Shown here piece by piece: positions 25,305 through 36,396 of a stretch of 64,000 nt of DNA. Both the position numbers and the translations under genes were made by a program. Within the stretch, counting starts at the first letter, position 1; every line of letters begins with the position of its first letter. The stretch comes from an uncultured virus (IMG/VR IMGVR_UViG_3300030098_002223) (lineage: Duplodnaviria > Heunggongvirae > Uroviricota > Caudoviricetes): IMG/VR virus record IMGVR_UViG_3300030098_002223; one strand, 5' to 3'. The notes below the pieces were generated by a model. That model was not told the origin of the DNA. It saw only the letters and a program-made list of their open reading frames with translations, and searched no databases.

Positions 25305-25636
25305 ACGTAGAGGAATACGAGCAAAGATTAAGGCAGAGGGTTGGAGAAGCTGAATATGAACGTCATAAAGAGCTTGTCCGCCTTCTGGCGCGCAATCTTG
25401 CTCTTGAAGATATACTTTGGGAGGAAATTCTTATATGTATTCGGGATGTTAACGCTAGAACAGAGCTCTTGCGCCAAAGAAATACAATCGTTAAAGACAT
25501 ACATACAGAATTCCGAGCGTTAAATATTGAAGTGCCAACAACTGTAGAGAAAAACACTGAAGCATTTGCTTCTTTCTTAGGAGAATTATCGGATGACGAC
25601 AACAAAACCAAGTCTGAAGGGCCTACTGACAGGTAA
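25301..25636 (+). CDS. probable terminase small subunit
   Basis: helical 111-aa ORF directly upstream of and overlapping TerL. Confidence 0.6.
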   Translation: MNVEEYEQRLRQRVGEAEYERHKELVRLLARNLALEDILWEEILICIRDVNARTELLRQRNTIVKDIHTEFRALNIEVPTTVEKNTEAFASFLGELSDDDNKTKSEGPTDR

Positions 25637-27260
25637 AGGCGGTATAGATTCAAGAAGTCTAGAAGATATATTCCAAAACTGTAGAAACGATAAAGACAAG
25701 ATGCGTAAATTAATACGTGCCTTTTGTTCTACTTACCTAATAGATGGTAAACAAAGACCATTACTCCTAAGACCATTACAAGAAGATATAGTTTTAGAAT
25801 GTCTAATGACAAGAACAGATGATAAACAAACTAAATTAGCAATTTTAGCTCCACGAGGCAGTGGGAAATCATTCGCTTTGTCTGTAGCAGTAACTATATA
25901 TATGTTTTTTAATAGATTTAGAGATTTAGTATTTATACTGGCTCCTACAGAAGACCAAGCTGCATTAATCTTTAATTACGTTTATAGACATTTTGCTGAT
26001 AATACTTTCCTAAATGGGTTAGTAGCTAATTATAGATTTCATAATAAGCCCAACATAACACTTAAGGGGGGCACCATAATGCGTAGGGCTCCATTAGCGC
26101 CTAGTAACCAAGGTCAAGCTATACGAGGACAACACCCTACATTCTTAGTAGTTGATGAGTCTCCACTCATCGACGATAGATTATTCATTGATAATGTAGA
26201 GCCTGCTATTGTAGCGAATAAAGCTCCTTTTATTAATCTCGGTACACCAAAATCTAAAGATAATCATATGTATAGATATTTATACGATGATGGCTATGCA
26301 GATACGTTTAAGAGATTACATTATACATGGAGAGACGCCGTAAAGAAAGGGGATGCTTATTCTGCTCCCTATACTGATGAAGAAATGTTAGATAAGATGA
26401 CTGAATGGGGAGAAGATTCTATCTACTGGAGGACAGAATACGAGTGTGAGTTTGTAGAGTCTGTATCGAGTGTATTTAATCCAGAAAAAATTAAGGCGTG
26501 TTACGATGATTACCAAATTACTAGACTTGATGGGGATGGAGAGCAGGGAGGAGGCAATATTACTGTTGGTGTTGACATTGGCAAATCTGTTAACTCTACT
26601 GTTATTAGTGCATGGTCCCTTGAAAAGTCTGATACAGAAAATATTGCTAGACTTATATACGTTGAAGAAATCAACGCCAGAACTGGTGGACATGATATTC
26701 CATACCAACGTAGACGTATCATGGACGTTACCAATAAGCTGGGTGCTAGTCGGCTCATTGTTGATTGTACTGGTATTGGGGGTGCAGTTGAGCAAGATTT
26801 GCGGCTGGCGTGCTTAGATTCTAATGTACATTTCGTACCATTCGTATTTACAGGAGGACCAAAAGGAACTAAAACACAAATGTATAGAGATTTTCAGTCC
26901 TACATACAACAAGGACGAGTAAAAGTACCAAATCCAGAGAATTTAGAACCAGATATGGCTAAGTTAATACATAAATGGACTAGAGAACATATAGATTTAG
27001 AATTTACTATGGATGCTGCTAACAAAACTGAAAAGATTTCTGCCCCATCAGGTAAACATGATGATTATTGTGATAGTTCAGCTATGGCGTTACATGCTAC
27101 ATTAAGTATGTTACCTATGTCTGGGAACTTTGGACAGAGTATTATATCATCTCCTATTAATAAACAAAATTATAGTGGAGGAAACCATAGTTCTCAAAAA
27201 CTTTTTACTACGCGACAACGAAAAGTTACACTAAATAAGCAACCTTTAAGGGGTTTATGA
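25593..27260 (+). CDS. terL: Terminase large subunit
   Basis: LRPLQ, APRGSGKS, LVVDE, GTP, GVDIG, HDDYCDS. Confidence 0.95.
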   Translation: MTTTKPSLKGLLTGKGGIDSRSLEDIFQNCRNDKDKMRKLIRAFCSTYLIDGKQRPLLLRPLQEDIVLECLMTRTDDKQTKLAILAPRGSGKSFALSVAVTIYMFFNRFRDLVFILAPTEDQAALIFNYVYRHFADNTFLNGLVANYRFHNKPNITLKGGTIMRRAPLAPSNQGQAIRGQHPTFLVVDESPLIDDRLFIDNVEPAIVANKAPFINLGTPKSKDNHMYRYLYDDGYADTFKRLHYTWRDAVKKGDAYSAPYTDEEMLDKMTEWGEDSIYWRTEYECEFVESVSSVFNPEKIKACYDDYQITRLDGDGEQGGGNITVGVDIGKSVNSTVISAWSLEKSDTENIARLIYVEEINARTGGHDIPYQRRRIMDVTNKLGASRLIVDCTGIGGAVEQDLRLACLDSNVHFVPFVFTGGPKGTKTQMYRDFQSYIQQGRVKVPNPENLEPDMAKLIHKWTREHIDLEFTMDAANKTEKISAPSGKHDDYCDSSAMALHATLSMLPMSGNFGQSIISSPINKQNYSGGNHSSQKLFTTRQRKVTLNKQPLRGL

Positions 27261-27301
27261 GAAAAGCTTTATATACTCATCACAGTTAATATTAAATAGC
27301 C

Positions 27302-28606
27302 ATGTCGTTTATAGATAGAGTTAGACGTACTTTCGCCAGAGTTGGTGGAAATCCGTCATATAAAAAAGACGACCCTAGAAGTTACGGGGAAGGAGTTATT
27401 AAACGTCTTAAAATCAATAGAGGTTTTAGTCTTAACAAAGATAAGAACTATGAACCACATATAGGTCAAAACAGAACTTATATGAACGTTTATTTATCAG
27501 ACCCTATTGTTAGAAGTTTAATTGACTTACCGTGCTTATACGCTGTTAAAGATAATTTTGATATTGTTACAACAGACGATGGAATTAGGGAAGAGTTAGA
27601 AGAAATGTTCCGCGATATAAATATTGAACATATTTTATATGGTTGGTTAAGAAATGCTAGAATTTTTGGTACAGGTTATTTAGAATGGACTGGAGACAAT
27701 TTAATTTTAAGGTCTAGTCAAAACATGTACGTAAAGAGGAATGAGCACGGTCAGATAGAATACTATTATCAAAAAGTAGGAGACGATGATGAGAATATCA
27801 GATTCGAGGAAAACGAAATAATAGAATTGAAAAATAATCAATTCGATGATTATGCATATGGTTTATCTGACATACACCCAATATTATATTTAGTTGATTT
27901 AAAGGATTATGCAGAAAGAGATATAGGAGCAGCATTAAATAAATATGCATCTAGTAGATTTGATGTTAGTGCTGGTTTACCTGATATGCCTTATGGTCCT
28001 GATAAGATTAATGAAATTGTCGACGCATTTAATACTCTAGCACCCGGTGAAGATATAATTCACGGGAACGACATAGTAATCAAAGAACTACAAGGTACTC
28101 AACGTGCTTTTGAGTATGGTAAATATACAGATGATATATTAGATAAAATACATGTAGCTTTGAAAACACCACGCACTATGTGGACAGACCCAGAAAAAGC
28201 ACGACCTATTTTTGAACCATACGTAAGATACTTACAAACTATGGTAGAGGGAGCACTTAATTCCCAGCTTATGCCTCAATTAGAAAAGGGAGAAGCAAAA
28301 TTTAAGTTTAGGCAAATTAACGTTGAAGACGCATTCACTAAAGCCAAGACTGATATGATTTATCTATCAGAAGGTGTATTATCACCCGGCGAAGTTAGAG
28401 AGGAAAGAGGACTTGACCCTGAAGGAGTTGCAGAATTAGATATGGAAACTTCTGAAGATATAAAGGCTTCACCAATAAAACGAGAACAGAGTGATAAGAA
28501 TGCTAACATATCTGGAGGAAAGAACCAAGATAAAAGGGAAGAATCCTCTAGAGCACAAAATAGGGGCAACAAGCCCTCCGCAAACGCAACAGGAGATAGA
28601 GCATGA
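27302..28606 (+). CDS. Portal protein
   Basis: position after TerL; IFGTGY, YGLS, GVLSPGEVREERGL motifs. Confidence 0.9.
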   Translation: MSFIDRVRRTFARVGGNPSYKKDDPRSYGEGVIKRLKINRGFSLNKDKNYEPHIGQNRTYMNVYLSDPIVRSLIDLPCLYAVKDNFDIVTTDDGIREELEEMFRDINIEHILYGWLRNARIFGTGYLEWTGDNLILRSSQNMYVKRNEHGQIEYYYQKVGDDDENIRFEENEIIELKNNQFDDYAYGLSDIHPILYLVDLKDYAERDIGAALNKYASSRFDVSAGLPDMPYGPDKINEIVDAFNTLAPGEDIIHGNDIVIKELQGTQRAFEYGKYTDDILDKIHVALKTPRTMWTDPEKARPIFEPYVRYLQTMVEGALNSQLMPQLEKGEAKFKFRQINVEDAFTKAKTDMIYLSEGVLSPGEVREERGLDPEGVAELDMETSEDIKASPIKREQSDKNANISGGKNQDKREESSRAQNRGNKPSANATGDRA

Positions 28607-29859
28607 CATTTGAAAAATGTATGATACAAACTAAATCAAACCTGAAGAAGAGGGGTTTTGAGAACCCTGAAGAGATTGCAGCTGGCATGTGTAGCATGTG
28701 GGCGCAAGAGAATGGCGTAGAGCGGGAATTTGCAGAGGGCAAATCTACTGAACCTGTTCGTAGGTCATTCGCTTTAGAAGTGGCTGAGGGTGAAGATATG
28801 ACATTTTCCAGCGATGAGGGAATCGACTCTGTATCATTCCCAGTAATCGCTATTACCTCCGGACCTCATGAATATGAGGTTGATGGAGAGCAACATAAAG
28901 TTTATATTGAGGGAGGACAGTTAAAAGATAATTTACATCAATTTACTGAACTACCGATTTATATTGACCATCAAAGAACAGAAGAGGACTTAATCGGCAT
29001 GGCTGCTAATCCCGAACTGTTTGAGATGGATAATGGAAAGACCGCTATTAAGATGCTAGCAACAGTATCTAATAAATATGGCCGTGGTCAAGAAGTAATG
29101 GAGAAAGTTAAGGAAGGAGACATGACACATGTTAGTATCGATTGGTTTTCAAACGATATTGATGTTATGGGTGACAATTACGCCACCAATATTCGTCCTA
29201 CAGAGGTAAGTTTCATTGACAATGAAAAGATGGACCCAGTCTGTAAAGAATGTACTATAGAAACGAAATGTGATTCACAAGAACCGGAAGACGACCACGA
29301 CTGTGGTTGTGGTGGCCAAGAAGGAAATTGTGGATGTGAGTCAGAACAAACAGAGGTAAATATGTCAGAAGAGACAAAAGAAACAACTGTAAAATCCGAC
29401 GCAGAAAGCATTGTCGAACGCGAGTTCGCTTCCCTACGCTCACAACTTGAAGCAGCAGAAGCATCTAAAAAGGAAATCGAATCTGAATTCAAAGCAGCTA
29501 TGAAAGAATTAGAAACTTTCAAGAAAGCAGAAGAAGAAAGATTAGAGAAAGAAGCAGAAGCAAGAAAAGTTGAAACAGTAGAAGCAATTATATCCAAAGA
29601 AATCTTATTCGGTTCAATCGAAGAAGATAAAAAGGATGCTCGTGTCGAAGAACTTTCCGCTTGGGATGAATCCAGATTGACTGGATTTAGCGATGCTCTA
29701 GCAGCAATGCCAGAGCCAAGCAACGACGTCGAACGTTCTTTCGGAAAAGGTAAATCAGCTGATGAAGGTGAAGTACCAGAAACCAAAAGAGAGTTCGGTA
29801 TGAAAGTAGAGGACGGTAAAATTAGAATAAACCGTGACTACTACCTAAAAGGTGATTAA
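28603..29859 (+). CDS. Prohead protease fused to scaffold
   Basis: PIYIDH...VSID...EVSFI protease motifs followed by an acidic coiled coil. Confidence 0.85.
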   Translation: MTFEKCMIQTKSNLKKRGFENPEEIAAGMCSMWAQENGVEREFAEGKSTEPVRRSFALEVAEGEDMTFSSDEGIDSVSFPVIAITSGPHEYEVDGEQHKVYIEGGQLKDNLHQFTELPIYIDHQRTEEDLIGMAANPELFEMDNGKTAIKMLATVSNKYGRGQEVMEKVKEGDMTHVSIDWFSNDIDVMGDNYATNIRPTEVSFIDNEKMDPVCKECTIETKCDSQEPEDDHDCGCGGQEGNCGCESEQTEVNMSEETKETTVKSDAESIVEREFASLRSQLEAAEASKKEIESEFKAAMKELETFKKAEEERLEKEAEARKVETVEAIISKEILFGSIEEDKKDARVEELSAWDESRLTGFSDALAAMPEPSNDVERSFGKGKSADEGEVPETKREFGMKVEDGKIRINRDYYLKGD

Positions 29860-29861
29860 AC

Positions 29862-30278
29862 ATGGCAACAGAAATTTTAGTAAACGACGGAGGAGCACCA
29901 GCTCGTATTCTTCCTTTCTTAGCAGGGGAAGATATAAGTGCCGGTGAAGCTCTCACAGCTAGTGCTACCGCAGACATGACTGCTGTACTAGCAACACAAG
30001 CAAACATCAATATCATAGGTTTTGCTCTTACCGATGCCGCATCTGGAGACATGTGCAGCGTTATCACAGGTAAAGGAGTAATACTCAATGTACAATGTTT
30101 ACCAACCACAGGTGGATACCCACAGATGATTGGTGCAGCAGCATCTGGTCAGTTGGCCAAACAAACCGCAGCAGAAGCAGCAAAAGGAAACGGTCCTGTC
30201 GCAGTTCCTGTTAAGGTTACCAACGAAGCTGGAAGTGGACTTGCCGTTGCAGGTCTTTGGAGATGTCTAATAATTTAA
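29862..30278 (+). CDS. capsid cement/decoration protein
   Basis: AGEDISAG...IGFALTDAASGD...V..G; precedes the MCP. Confidence 0.7.
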   Translation: MATEILVNDGGAPARILPFLAGEDISAGEALTASATADMTAVLATQANINIIGFALTDAASGDMCSVITGKGVILNVQCLPTTGGYPQMIGAAASGQLAKQTAAEAAKGNGPVAVPVKVTNEAGSGLAVAGLWRCLII

Positions 30279-30289
30279 GGAGATAAGAT

Positions 30290-31414
30290 ATGGTTCAACC
30301 CGGTCCAACTAGTGGTCTTTTGACCAGTCTGAACTCAGGTTCATACGCCAACACTGGCGGAACAGGAGAGCGAGTACTCATTGATTATAAAGATGCAATT
30401 ATCGACTACAAGGTCACAGACCTTCCAGTCATGCAATTCTTTGCAGACCCAATGACTACAGATACAGGCGGTAATATTGATATTACTTTCGCAAAACCAT
30501 CTATGACGATGGAACAAATAGAAGAAGGAACAACTCCTCAATACCAACACACAAAACTACGCTCCGAGAGAGTAGCAGTTAAAGAGTGGGGTATTGCAGT
30601 AGGTGTAACCCGAAGAATGATTGAAGATTCAAGATTCAACGAAGTAGAAATGGCTCTTAACGAAGCACGTCGCGCTGTCGACAGACACTTGACCGAACAC
30701 GTTACAAATGTCATTTTCGGTATTGGTAGCACTACACTAGGAACTGGTGTAGACGTAGGTGCAGGTTTTACTGACATCTTAGCTGCCGGTGCAGCTTCTA
30801 CTGAAGCAAACATCTCTGATTTCTCAAAGGCACCTAATGGAGCTTTCTTAGGAACAGCCGCAACTTTTGCAGGCAGATTGGATGAATATGCTAATCAATC
30901 ATTAGCTACCTTACAAGCATGCAGTTCTTATACAGCAGCTTCATCAAACGGTACAAGCTCTTTCGCTTTAGTCGATGTTGCAGCAGCAATTAGTAGGATG
31001 AGCAAGCTTGGTTACAATGCAACTCACTTATTCATTTCACCTTCACACTATGAAAATATGTTGAAGATGGCTGATTTTGTAAGTGCATTCACCAACGCAC
31101 AAGGAACTAATGGAAGTATCCAAGGTGGAGGTAACTTTATGCCTACAACTGGAGACAACCCATTCAGCTCCATGCTAGCAACAGGTGGTTTAGTTGGTTC
31201 ATTATATGGATTAGCAGTAATTGTGAATCCATGGGTTCCAGCAGGAAGATTTGGTGTATTCGACCTTTCAGTTAAGCCAATGGCTTATGTAGAAAGACGC
31301 GGACTCACTGTAGAAGAAGCCAATCCCGGATTCGGAATTGTCGGTTCCTACATGTCTATGAGATACGGATTGAAGGTCGTTAGACCAGAAGCCGGTCAAA
31401 TCGTCATCAGTTAA
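30290..31414 (+). CDS. Major capsid protein (HK97 fold)
   Basis: IEEG, VKEWG...VTRRMIEDS, GSLYGLAVIVNPWVP, RYGLKVVRPEA. Confidence 0.92.
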   Translation: MVQPGPTSGLLTSLNSGSYANTGGTGERVLIDYKDAIIDYKVTDLPVMQFFADPMTTDTGGNIDITFAKPSMTMEQIEEGTTPQYQHTKLRSERVAVKEWGIAVGVTRRMIEDSRFNEVEMALNEARRAVDRHLTEHVTNVIFGIGSTTLGTGVDVGAGFTDILAAGAASTEANISDFSKAPNGAFLGTAATFAGRLDEYANQSLATLQACSSYTAASSNGTSSFALVDVAAAISRMSKLGYNATHLFISPSHYENMLKMADFVSAFTNAQGTNGSIQGGGNFMPTTGDNPFSSMLATGGLVGSLYGLAVIVNPWVPAGRFGVFDLSVKPMAYVERRGLTVEEANPGFGIVGSYMSMRYGLKVVRPEAGQIVIS

Positions 31415-31446
31415 AGTTAATTGATTAATTTTAATAGATAAGGCCC

Positions 31447-31483
31447 GAAGGGAGCCTGCGTTAGCAAATCCCTTCACCTTACA
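31447..31483 (+). terminator. stem-loop plus ACCTTACA after the MCP gene
   Basis: GAAGGGA/TCCCTTC 7-bp stem. Confidence 0.55.
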
Positions 31484-31494
31484 TTTATTTAATT

Positions 31495-34400
31495 ATGGCC
31501 AGATACACAAAAGTACTGAAGAGTTTAGCTCATAATGCAGTGGGCTCCAAACGCATAGAAGCAGTGTCCACAAGTGGTTCTTCTATATCTTCACTTACTT
31601 ATGTACCGGGCAGTTATCATTATGTAGCAACTCAATCCAATGGAACTAATATTACAGGAAATAGTCAAAACCTATTTGGTAATCAAATTAAACTAAGCGG
31701 TAGTAGTGCTGGAGGTGTACAACTATATGAAGCTACTAGTAATGGCTCTAACTATTTACAACTCAATGCCCCTGCGGCAATAACTACTAATTTTGTTCTT
31801 ACATTACCCAATGGTCCACCATCTACAAGTGGTTATGCTTTAGTTTCCACAGATGCTGGAGTTATGTCATGGTCTGCATTCTCAGGGGGTAATACTTACA
31901 TTACAGGTTTAGCTTATGCCCCTAGTACTCAAAAAATTACAGCTACATTAAGTGACTCTTCTACAGTTGTACAATCTCCATCTTTAGAAGAATTTGGAGA
32001 CTCTATATCTATAAAAGGTACCAATGAAGGTCATGTAGACCTTTATGAAAAAGCAGTTAATGGCTCTGCTTATGTTTCATTAAGAGCTCCTGTAGATATG
32101 GGAACTAACCCTTCTTATATTATTTCTTTACCTGTAGCCGATGGTACTACTGGCCAAGTTATGGCTAGAGGTTCTGGAGGACAATTAACATGGGTAAACA
32201 ATGATGATGCTAATTATTATGTAACAGGGGGTACATATGATTCAAGTAATGATGAAATAGATTTTAGTGGTACTACTGGATTTCCAGCGTTTAGTGTAGA
32301 TACCAGCGATTTCGCAAAGGGTTCAATAGCTGGTGCAAGCACATACGTTCCTTATTTTACCGCAGCCTCAGCTCTTACAGGGACCAATACCTTTAGGTGG
32401 GACAATGCTAATGGATTCTTAACACTAAGTAATGCCACAGCTTCTACAGTTACACATACAGGTCACCCTTTACTTGTTTTAGAAAACACCAACGCTGATG
32501 CATTTCCCGCAGGTATTAAATTATATAAAAACTCTGCATCATCAGCAGCTAATGATTTAATAGGTTTAATTAGGTTTTATGCTAATGATAATGCAGGTAC
32601 ACCTGCCGAAGAAGAATATGCACGTATAGAAGGAGAGGTAGAAAGTTCTACTGCTGGTGCAGAAATAGGTAAATTAAGTTTCTATACTGTCAATAATGGA
32701 ACTAGAGCTCGAAGACTATGGATGTCTGGAGCCACAACCACAATCAACAGTAACACAGAAATTACAGGAACACTGTCTACAACAGGAGTAGCAACACTAG
32801 GAAACAATTCAGTAACCAACACACAATCAGCAGGTAATGATTCAACCCGTATCGCTACCACAGCCTTTGTATCCACTGCCGTAGATAATGCTGTAGCATC
32901 TTCTAGTCAATATTATAATACCTTCTACAATTCTTCTCAAGGATTAGTAGGAAGTGCTCGGTTACAAACAGACGCTTCTAATAATATTATTCTTAGTGGA
33001 GCTAGTAACATAGCCAAAACAGCAGCAGATTTCCAAAGCACACTAGGAGTTAGTGGGGCTTTGACAGTCAGTGGTAATTCATCTCTAAAAGGAACATTAG
33101 GTGTAGCAAGTACAACTACTTTATCTGGTGCTACAACAATAGAAGCTGCTACTGATATAATAGGAAACCTTACTATAAAGGATGGAGGTTATGCCACACC
33201 AATGTGGAAGATGACTGCTACACAAGGTGCTGGTAAAGTAGCAATGATAGATTCTGGTTCTAATGTAAGCACACCTCAATTTTTCCCTATATTACAATTA
33301 CACAATGAAGCTCAGGATGTAGACCCCGGTGGAGGAGGTGCTGTTGTTTATGCAGATATGCCTACTATTCACTTTAGAAAACTAGGTCCAAGAAATGCGG
33401 TTAATAGCGCAAATACTACAGCAGGGTTTAGATTTTTAGCTTCAGGTCTTTCAACCGCTGCTGCAACAACAACACAAAAACAATTTTTAGTTTATACTTA
33501 TCAACCTGATGAATCTACTGGTACACCCAGTGAAATAGCAAAATTAGATAGCACAGGTATATTTACAGCAACTACATTTGCTGGAGAATTAGATGGAACA
33601 ATAAGTTCAACAACTACAGCAACTACACAAAGTGCTTCTAATAACTCTACAAAAGTAGCTACAACAGCATATGTCGATGCTGCTGTAAGTGCAGGTGGTG
33701 GAGGTACTATCGGTGGTTCTATAGCAGACAACCAAGTAGCCTTTGGAGCTACTACAGCAGACAGTATAGAAGGTAGTGATAATTTTACATATGATGGAAC
33801 AGATTTATCTTTAACAAGTGCTACATCAAACAAACCAGTTTTTACTTTAGAAAATACTAACTCTGACGATGCTCCTGCTTTTTTAGATTTTAAAAAGAAT
33901 GTAGCAGATGGACAACAAGCAGCAAGTGATACATTAGGTCAGATAAGATTTTATGGTAAAGATTCTGCAAACAATTTAGATAGTTTTGTTGATATGTATG
34001 TACAATCTCCAACTATAACATCTACTTCTGAAAATGGAGCGTTGTTTATGCGAACTAGGGCAGCAGGAACTATGACTCAAACATTAACATTAAATGCTGG
34101 TAATGTAGGTATAGGCACAACTGCACCTGCTAGAAAGTTACACGTTTATTCAGGAAGTAATGGATATGCGGCTAGATTTGAGGATGGTATCGAATTAGAT
34201 GGTACTAACGTTCAGTTGTTAGGTTACGGTCAAGGTAACCTTTGGCTTATGGGTAACAGTGGTAATCCTAAACTTACATTAGGGTATTCACACAATTGGG
34301 ATTTTGCTGTATCTTTAAGATACTTAAGAGGAGCTACAACTGGTTCTAGCTATGTTGGAGATGGTGAATTTAGATTAGGACAAACAGATAAAAATAACGC

Positions 34401-36396
34401 TAATTATGACCACGGTATAACTTCATTTTATGTTAGTGGTTCTGAAGCTATGCGTCTTAATAAAGCTGGATATTTAGGTATAGGTACAACTAATCCTTTA
34501 GCACCATTACACGTGTATAAAGCTGATGGATGGAGTACTGGTCAAAACTGGATGCAATGGATACAAAATGCAGAAGCAACTGACGATTCTAACTATGGAT
34601 TAAGAATATCTGCTGGTTCTACTGGAAATGACACAGCTTTCTTTGTTCAAGACCACGATGCTTCTAATGATTACTTTGTTATTCGTGGCGACGGTGATGT
34701 CGGTATAGGCACAACATCACCCGCCAGAAAGTTAGAAGTTAATTATGGTTCAAGTTCTGGTTATATGAGAATCGTTGGTCAAAGTAAAAGTTTGCTTTTA
34801 GGCCAAGATAGTGTAGGAGCAGCTATTTATCAAGAAGATAATGCTCCAATGTATTTTGCTACCAATAATGCTGAACGTATGCGTATTTTAGCTGATGGTA
34901 AAGTAGGTATAGGCACAACTGGACCTGATGGTAAGTTAGAGATTATTGGTTCAAATGGTACTGTTAGCCAAACTCCTGAGAGTGATGCAGAAGAATTAGT
35001 AATAAGAAATAATCATAGAGCAGGTATATCTATACTATCTAGTGAGTCATCTGGTAGGGGTGGATATATAGTATTTGGTGGTGCAACAGATAGTAATGCT
35101 GCTAACATACATCACGATTTTGATAGTAAAGAATTTTCTTTCCAAGGACAAAATCCATCTATGGAATTACGTTTTGCTAGTGCTAATAACGTAGAAGCTA
35201 TGCGTATAGATACATCACAGAATGTAGGTATAGGCACAGATTCACCAGCCTATAAATTAGATGTAGTTGGAACAACCCAATTATCAGGTAATACAGTTAT
35301 AACAGGTACACTCGCAACGACAGGGGTAGCTACATTAGGAAATAATTCTGTAACTAATACACAGAGTGCAGGAGATAATTCAACAAAAATAGCTACAACA
35401 GAATTTGTAACTGCGGCTTTGGCAGCAGGAGGATATGGTAATGTTACTAAAGTAGGAACCCCTGCAAACAACCAAATAGGTGTATGGACTGGTGACGGTA
35501 CTATTGAAGGTGATACTAACTTTACTTATGACGGAACTGATTTAACCATAGGTAACTCTGGTAAACTAAAAGTAGTTAATGCTTCTAGTAATTATTGGGC
35601 TATATATAATCAATCTAATGGTAAGATGAGAATAGACCAAGGCACTACACAAAGAGTACTTGCCTCATCTGGAGAGTTTCAATTTGCTAATGATATTATA
35701 ATTGATAATGATTTAATAATTAATACTTCTTCACAACTTGCTAGTGGTAGAGCTACTGTATTAGACACTGCTAACCCTCAATTGACACTTGCTTATGACG
35801 GTTCTAATTATGTAACACACCAATACACTAGCGCAGGTAATTATAAAATTATTACAGCAGGAGGTAATAGATACATAGATATAGAATCTAACTATTTAAA
35901 CATAGGAACTGGACAAGATGTAGATATTAGACTTCAATTTAATGCTAATACTAGTGTAGGTTATCAATACTGGATGGAAGATGAAGGTAGGTTTGACTTT
36001 TTAAGTGGTTCTACTAGTATGGCTTCATTAGACACTACTGGCCTAACTGTAACAGGCACAGTAAGCGCTACAGCGAAAAGCTTTAATATAGCACATCCCC
36101 TATATAAAGATAAGAGACTAGTGCATGGGTCTTTAGAAGGCCCTGAGCATGGTATATATATCAGAGGCACTATAGAGGCAATAGAAGGGTGCGAAATAGA
36201 GCTTCCTGAGTACTGGAGTGCTATGTGTGAGGACTATACAGTGCAACTGACGCCTCATGGGCCTTACACAGTCTTTATTAGAGAAAAGCAAAAGGATAAA
36301 GTTATGGTAGGTTGTTCAAGTAAAAATTACAAATTTGATTATTATATTGTTGGTTCAAGGACTGACGAAACTTTAGAGGTGGTACAGGATGCCTAG
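31495..36396 (+). CDS. Large fibre/spike protein
   Basis: repeated VGIGTT and TQSA..NST.IATT.FV motifs; C-terminal KSFNIAHP...LEGPE domain. Confidence 0.8.
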   Translation: MARYTKVLKSLAHNAVGSKRIEAVSTSGSSISSLTYVPGSYHYVATQSNGTNITGNSQNLFGNQIKLSGSSAGGVQLYEATSNGSNYLQLNAPAAITTNFVLTLPNGPPSTSGYALVSTDAGVMSWSAFSGGNTYITGLAYAPSTQKITATLSDSSTVVQSPSLEEFGDSISIKGTNEGHVDLYEKAVNGSAYVSLRAPVDMGTNPSYIISLPVADGTTGQVMARGSGGQLTWVNNDDANYYVTGGTYDSSNDEIDFSGTTGFPAFSVDTSDFAKGSIAGASTYVPYFTAASALTGTNTFRWDNANGFLTLSNATASTVTHTGHPLLVLENTNADAFPAGIKLYKNSASSAANDLIGLIRFYANDNAGTPAEEEYARIEGEVESSTAGAEIGKLSFYTVNNGTRARRLWMSGATTTINSNTEITGTLSTTGVATLGNNSVTNTQSAGNDSTRIATTAFVSTAVDNAVASSSQYYNTFYNSSQGLVGSARLQTDASNNIILSGASNIAKTAADFQSTLGVSGALTVSGNSSLKGTLGVASTTTLSGATTIEAATDIIGNLTIKDGGYATPMWKMTATQGAGKVAMIDSGSNVSTPQFFPILQLHNEAQDVDPGGGGAVVYADMPTIHFRKLGPRNAVNSANTTAGFRFLASGLSTAAATTTQKQFLVYTYQPDESTGTPSEIAKLDSTGIFTATTFAGELDGTISSTTTATTQSASNNSTKVATTAYVDAAVSAGGGGTIGGSIADNQVAFGATTADSIEGSDNFTYDGTDLSLTSATSNKPVFTLENTNSDDAPAFLDFKKNVADGQQAASDTLGQIRFYGKDSANNLDSFVDMYVQSPTITSTSENGALFMRTRAAGTMTQTLTLNAGNVGIGTTAPARKLHVYSGSNGYAARFEDGIELDGTNVQLLGYGQGNLWLMGNSGNPKLTLGYSHNWDFAVSLRYLRGATTGSSYVGDGEFRLGQTDKNNANYDHGITSFYVSGSEAMRLNKAGYLGIGTTNPLAPLHVYKADGWSTGQNWMQWIQNAEATDDSNYGLRISAGSTGNDTAFFVQDHDASNDYFVIRGDGDVGIGTTSPARKLEVNYGSSSGYMRIVGQSKSLLLGQDSVGAAIYQEDNAPMYFATNNAERMRILADGKVGIGTTGPDGKLEIIGSNGTVSQTPESDAEELVIRNNHRAGISILSSESSGRGGYIVFGGATDSNAANIHHDFDSKEFSFQGQNPSMELRFASANNVEAMRIDTSQNVGIGTDSPAYKLDVVGTTQLSGNTVITGTLATTGVATLGNNSVTNTQSAGDNSTKIATTEFVTAALAAGGYGNVTKVGTPANNQIGVWTGDGTIEGDTNFTYDGTDLTIGNSGKLKVVNASSNYWAIYNQSNGKMRIDQGTTQRVLASSGEFQFANDIIIDNDLIINTSSQLASGRATVLDTANPQLTLAYDGSNYVTHQYTSAGNYKIITAGGNRYIDIESNYLNIGTGQDVDIRLQFNANTSVGYQYWMEDEGRFDFLSGSTSMASLDTTGLTVTGTVSATAKSFNIAHPLYKDKRLVHGSLEGPEHGIYIRGTIEAIEGCEIELPEYWSAMCEDYTVQLTPHGPYTVFIREKQKDKVMVGCSSKNYKFDYYIVGSRTDETLEVVQDA

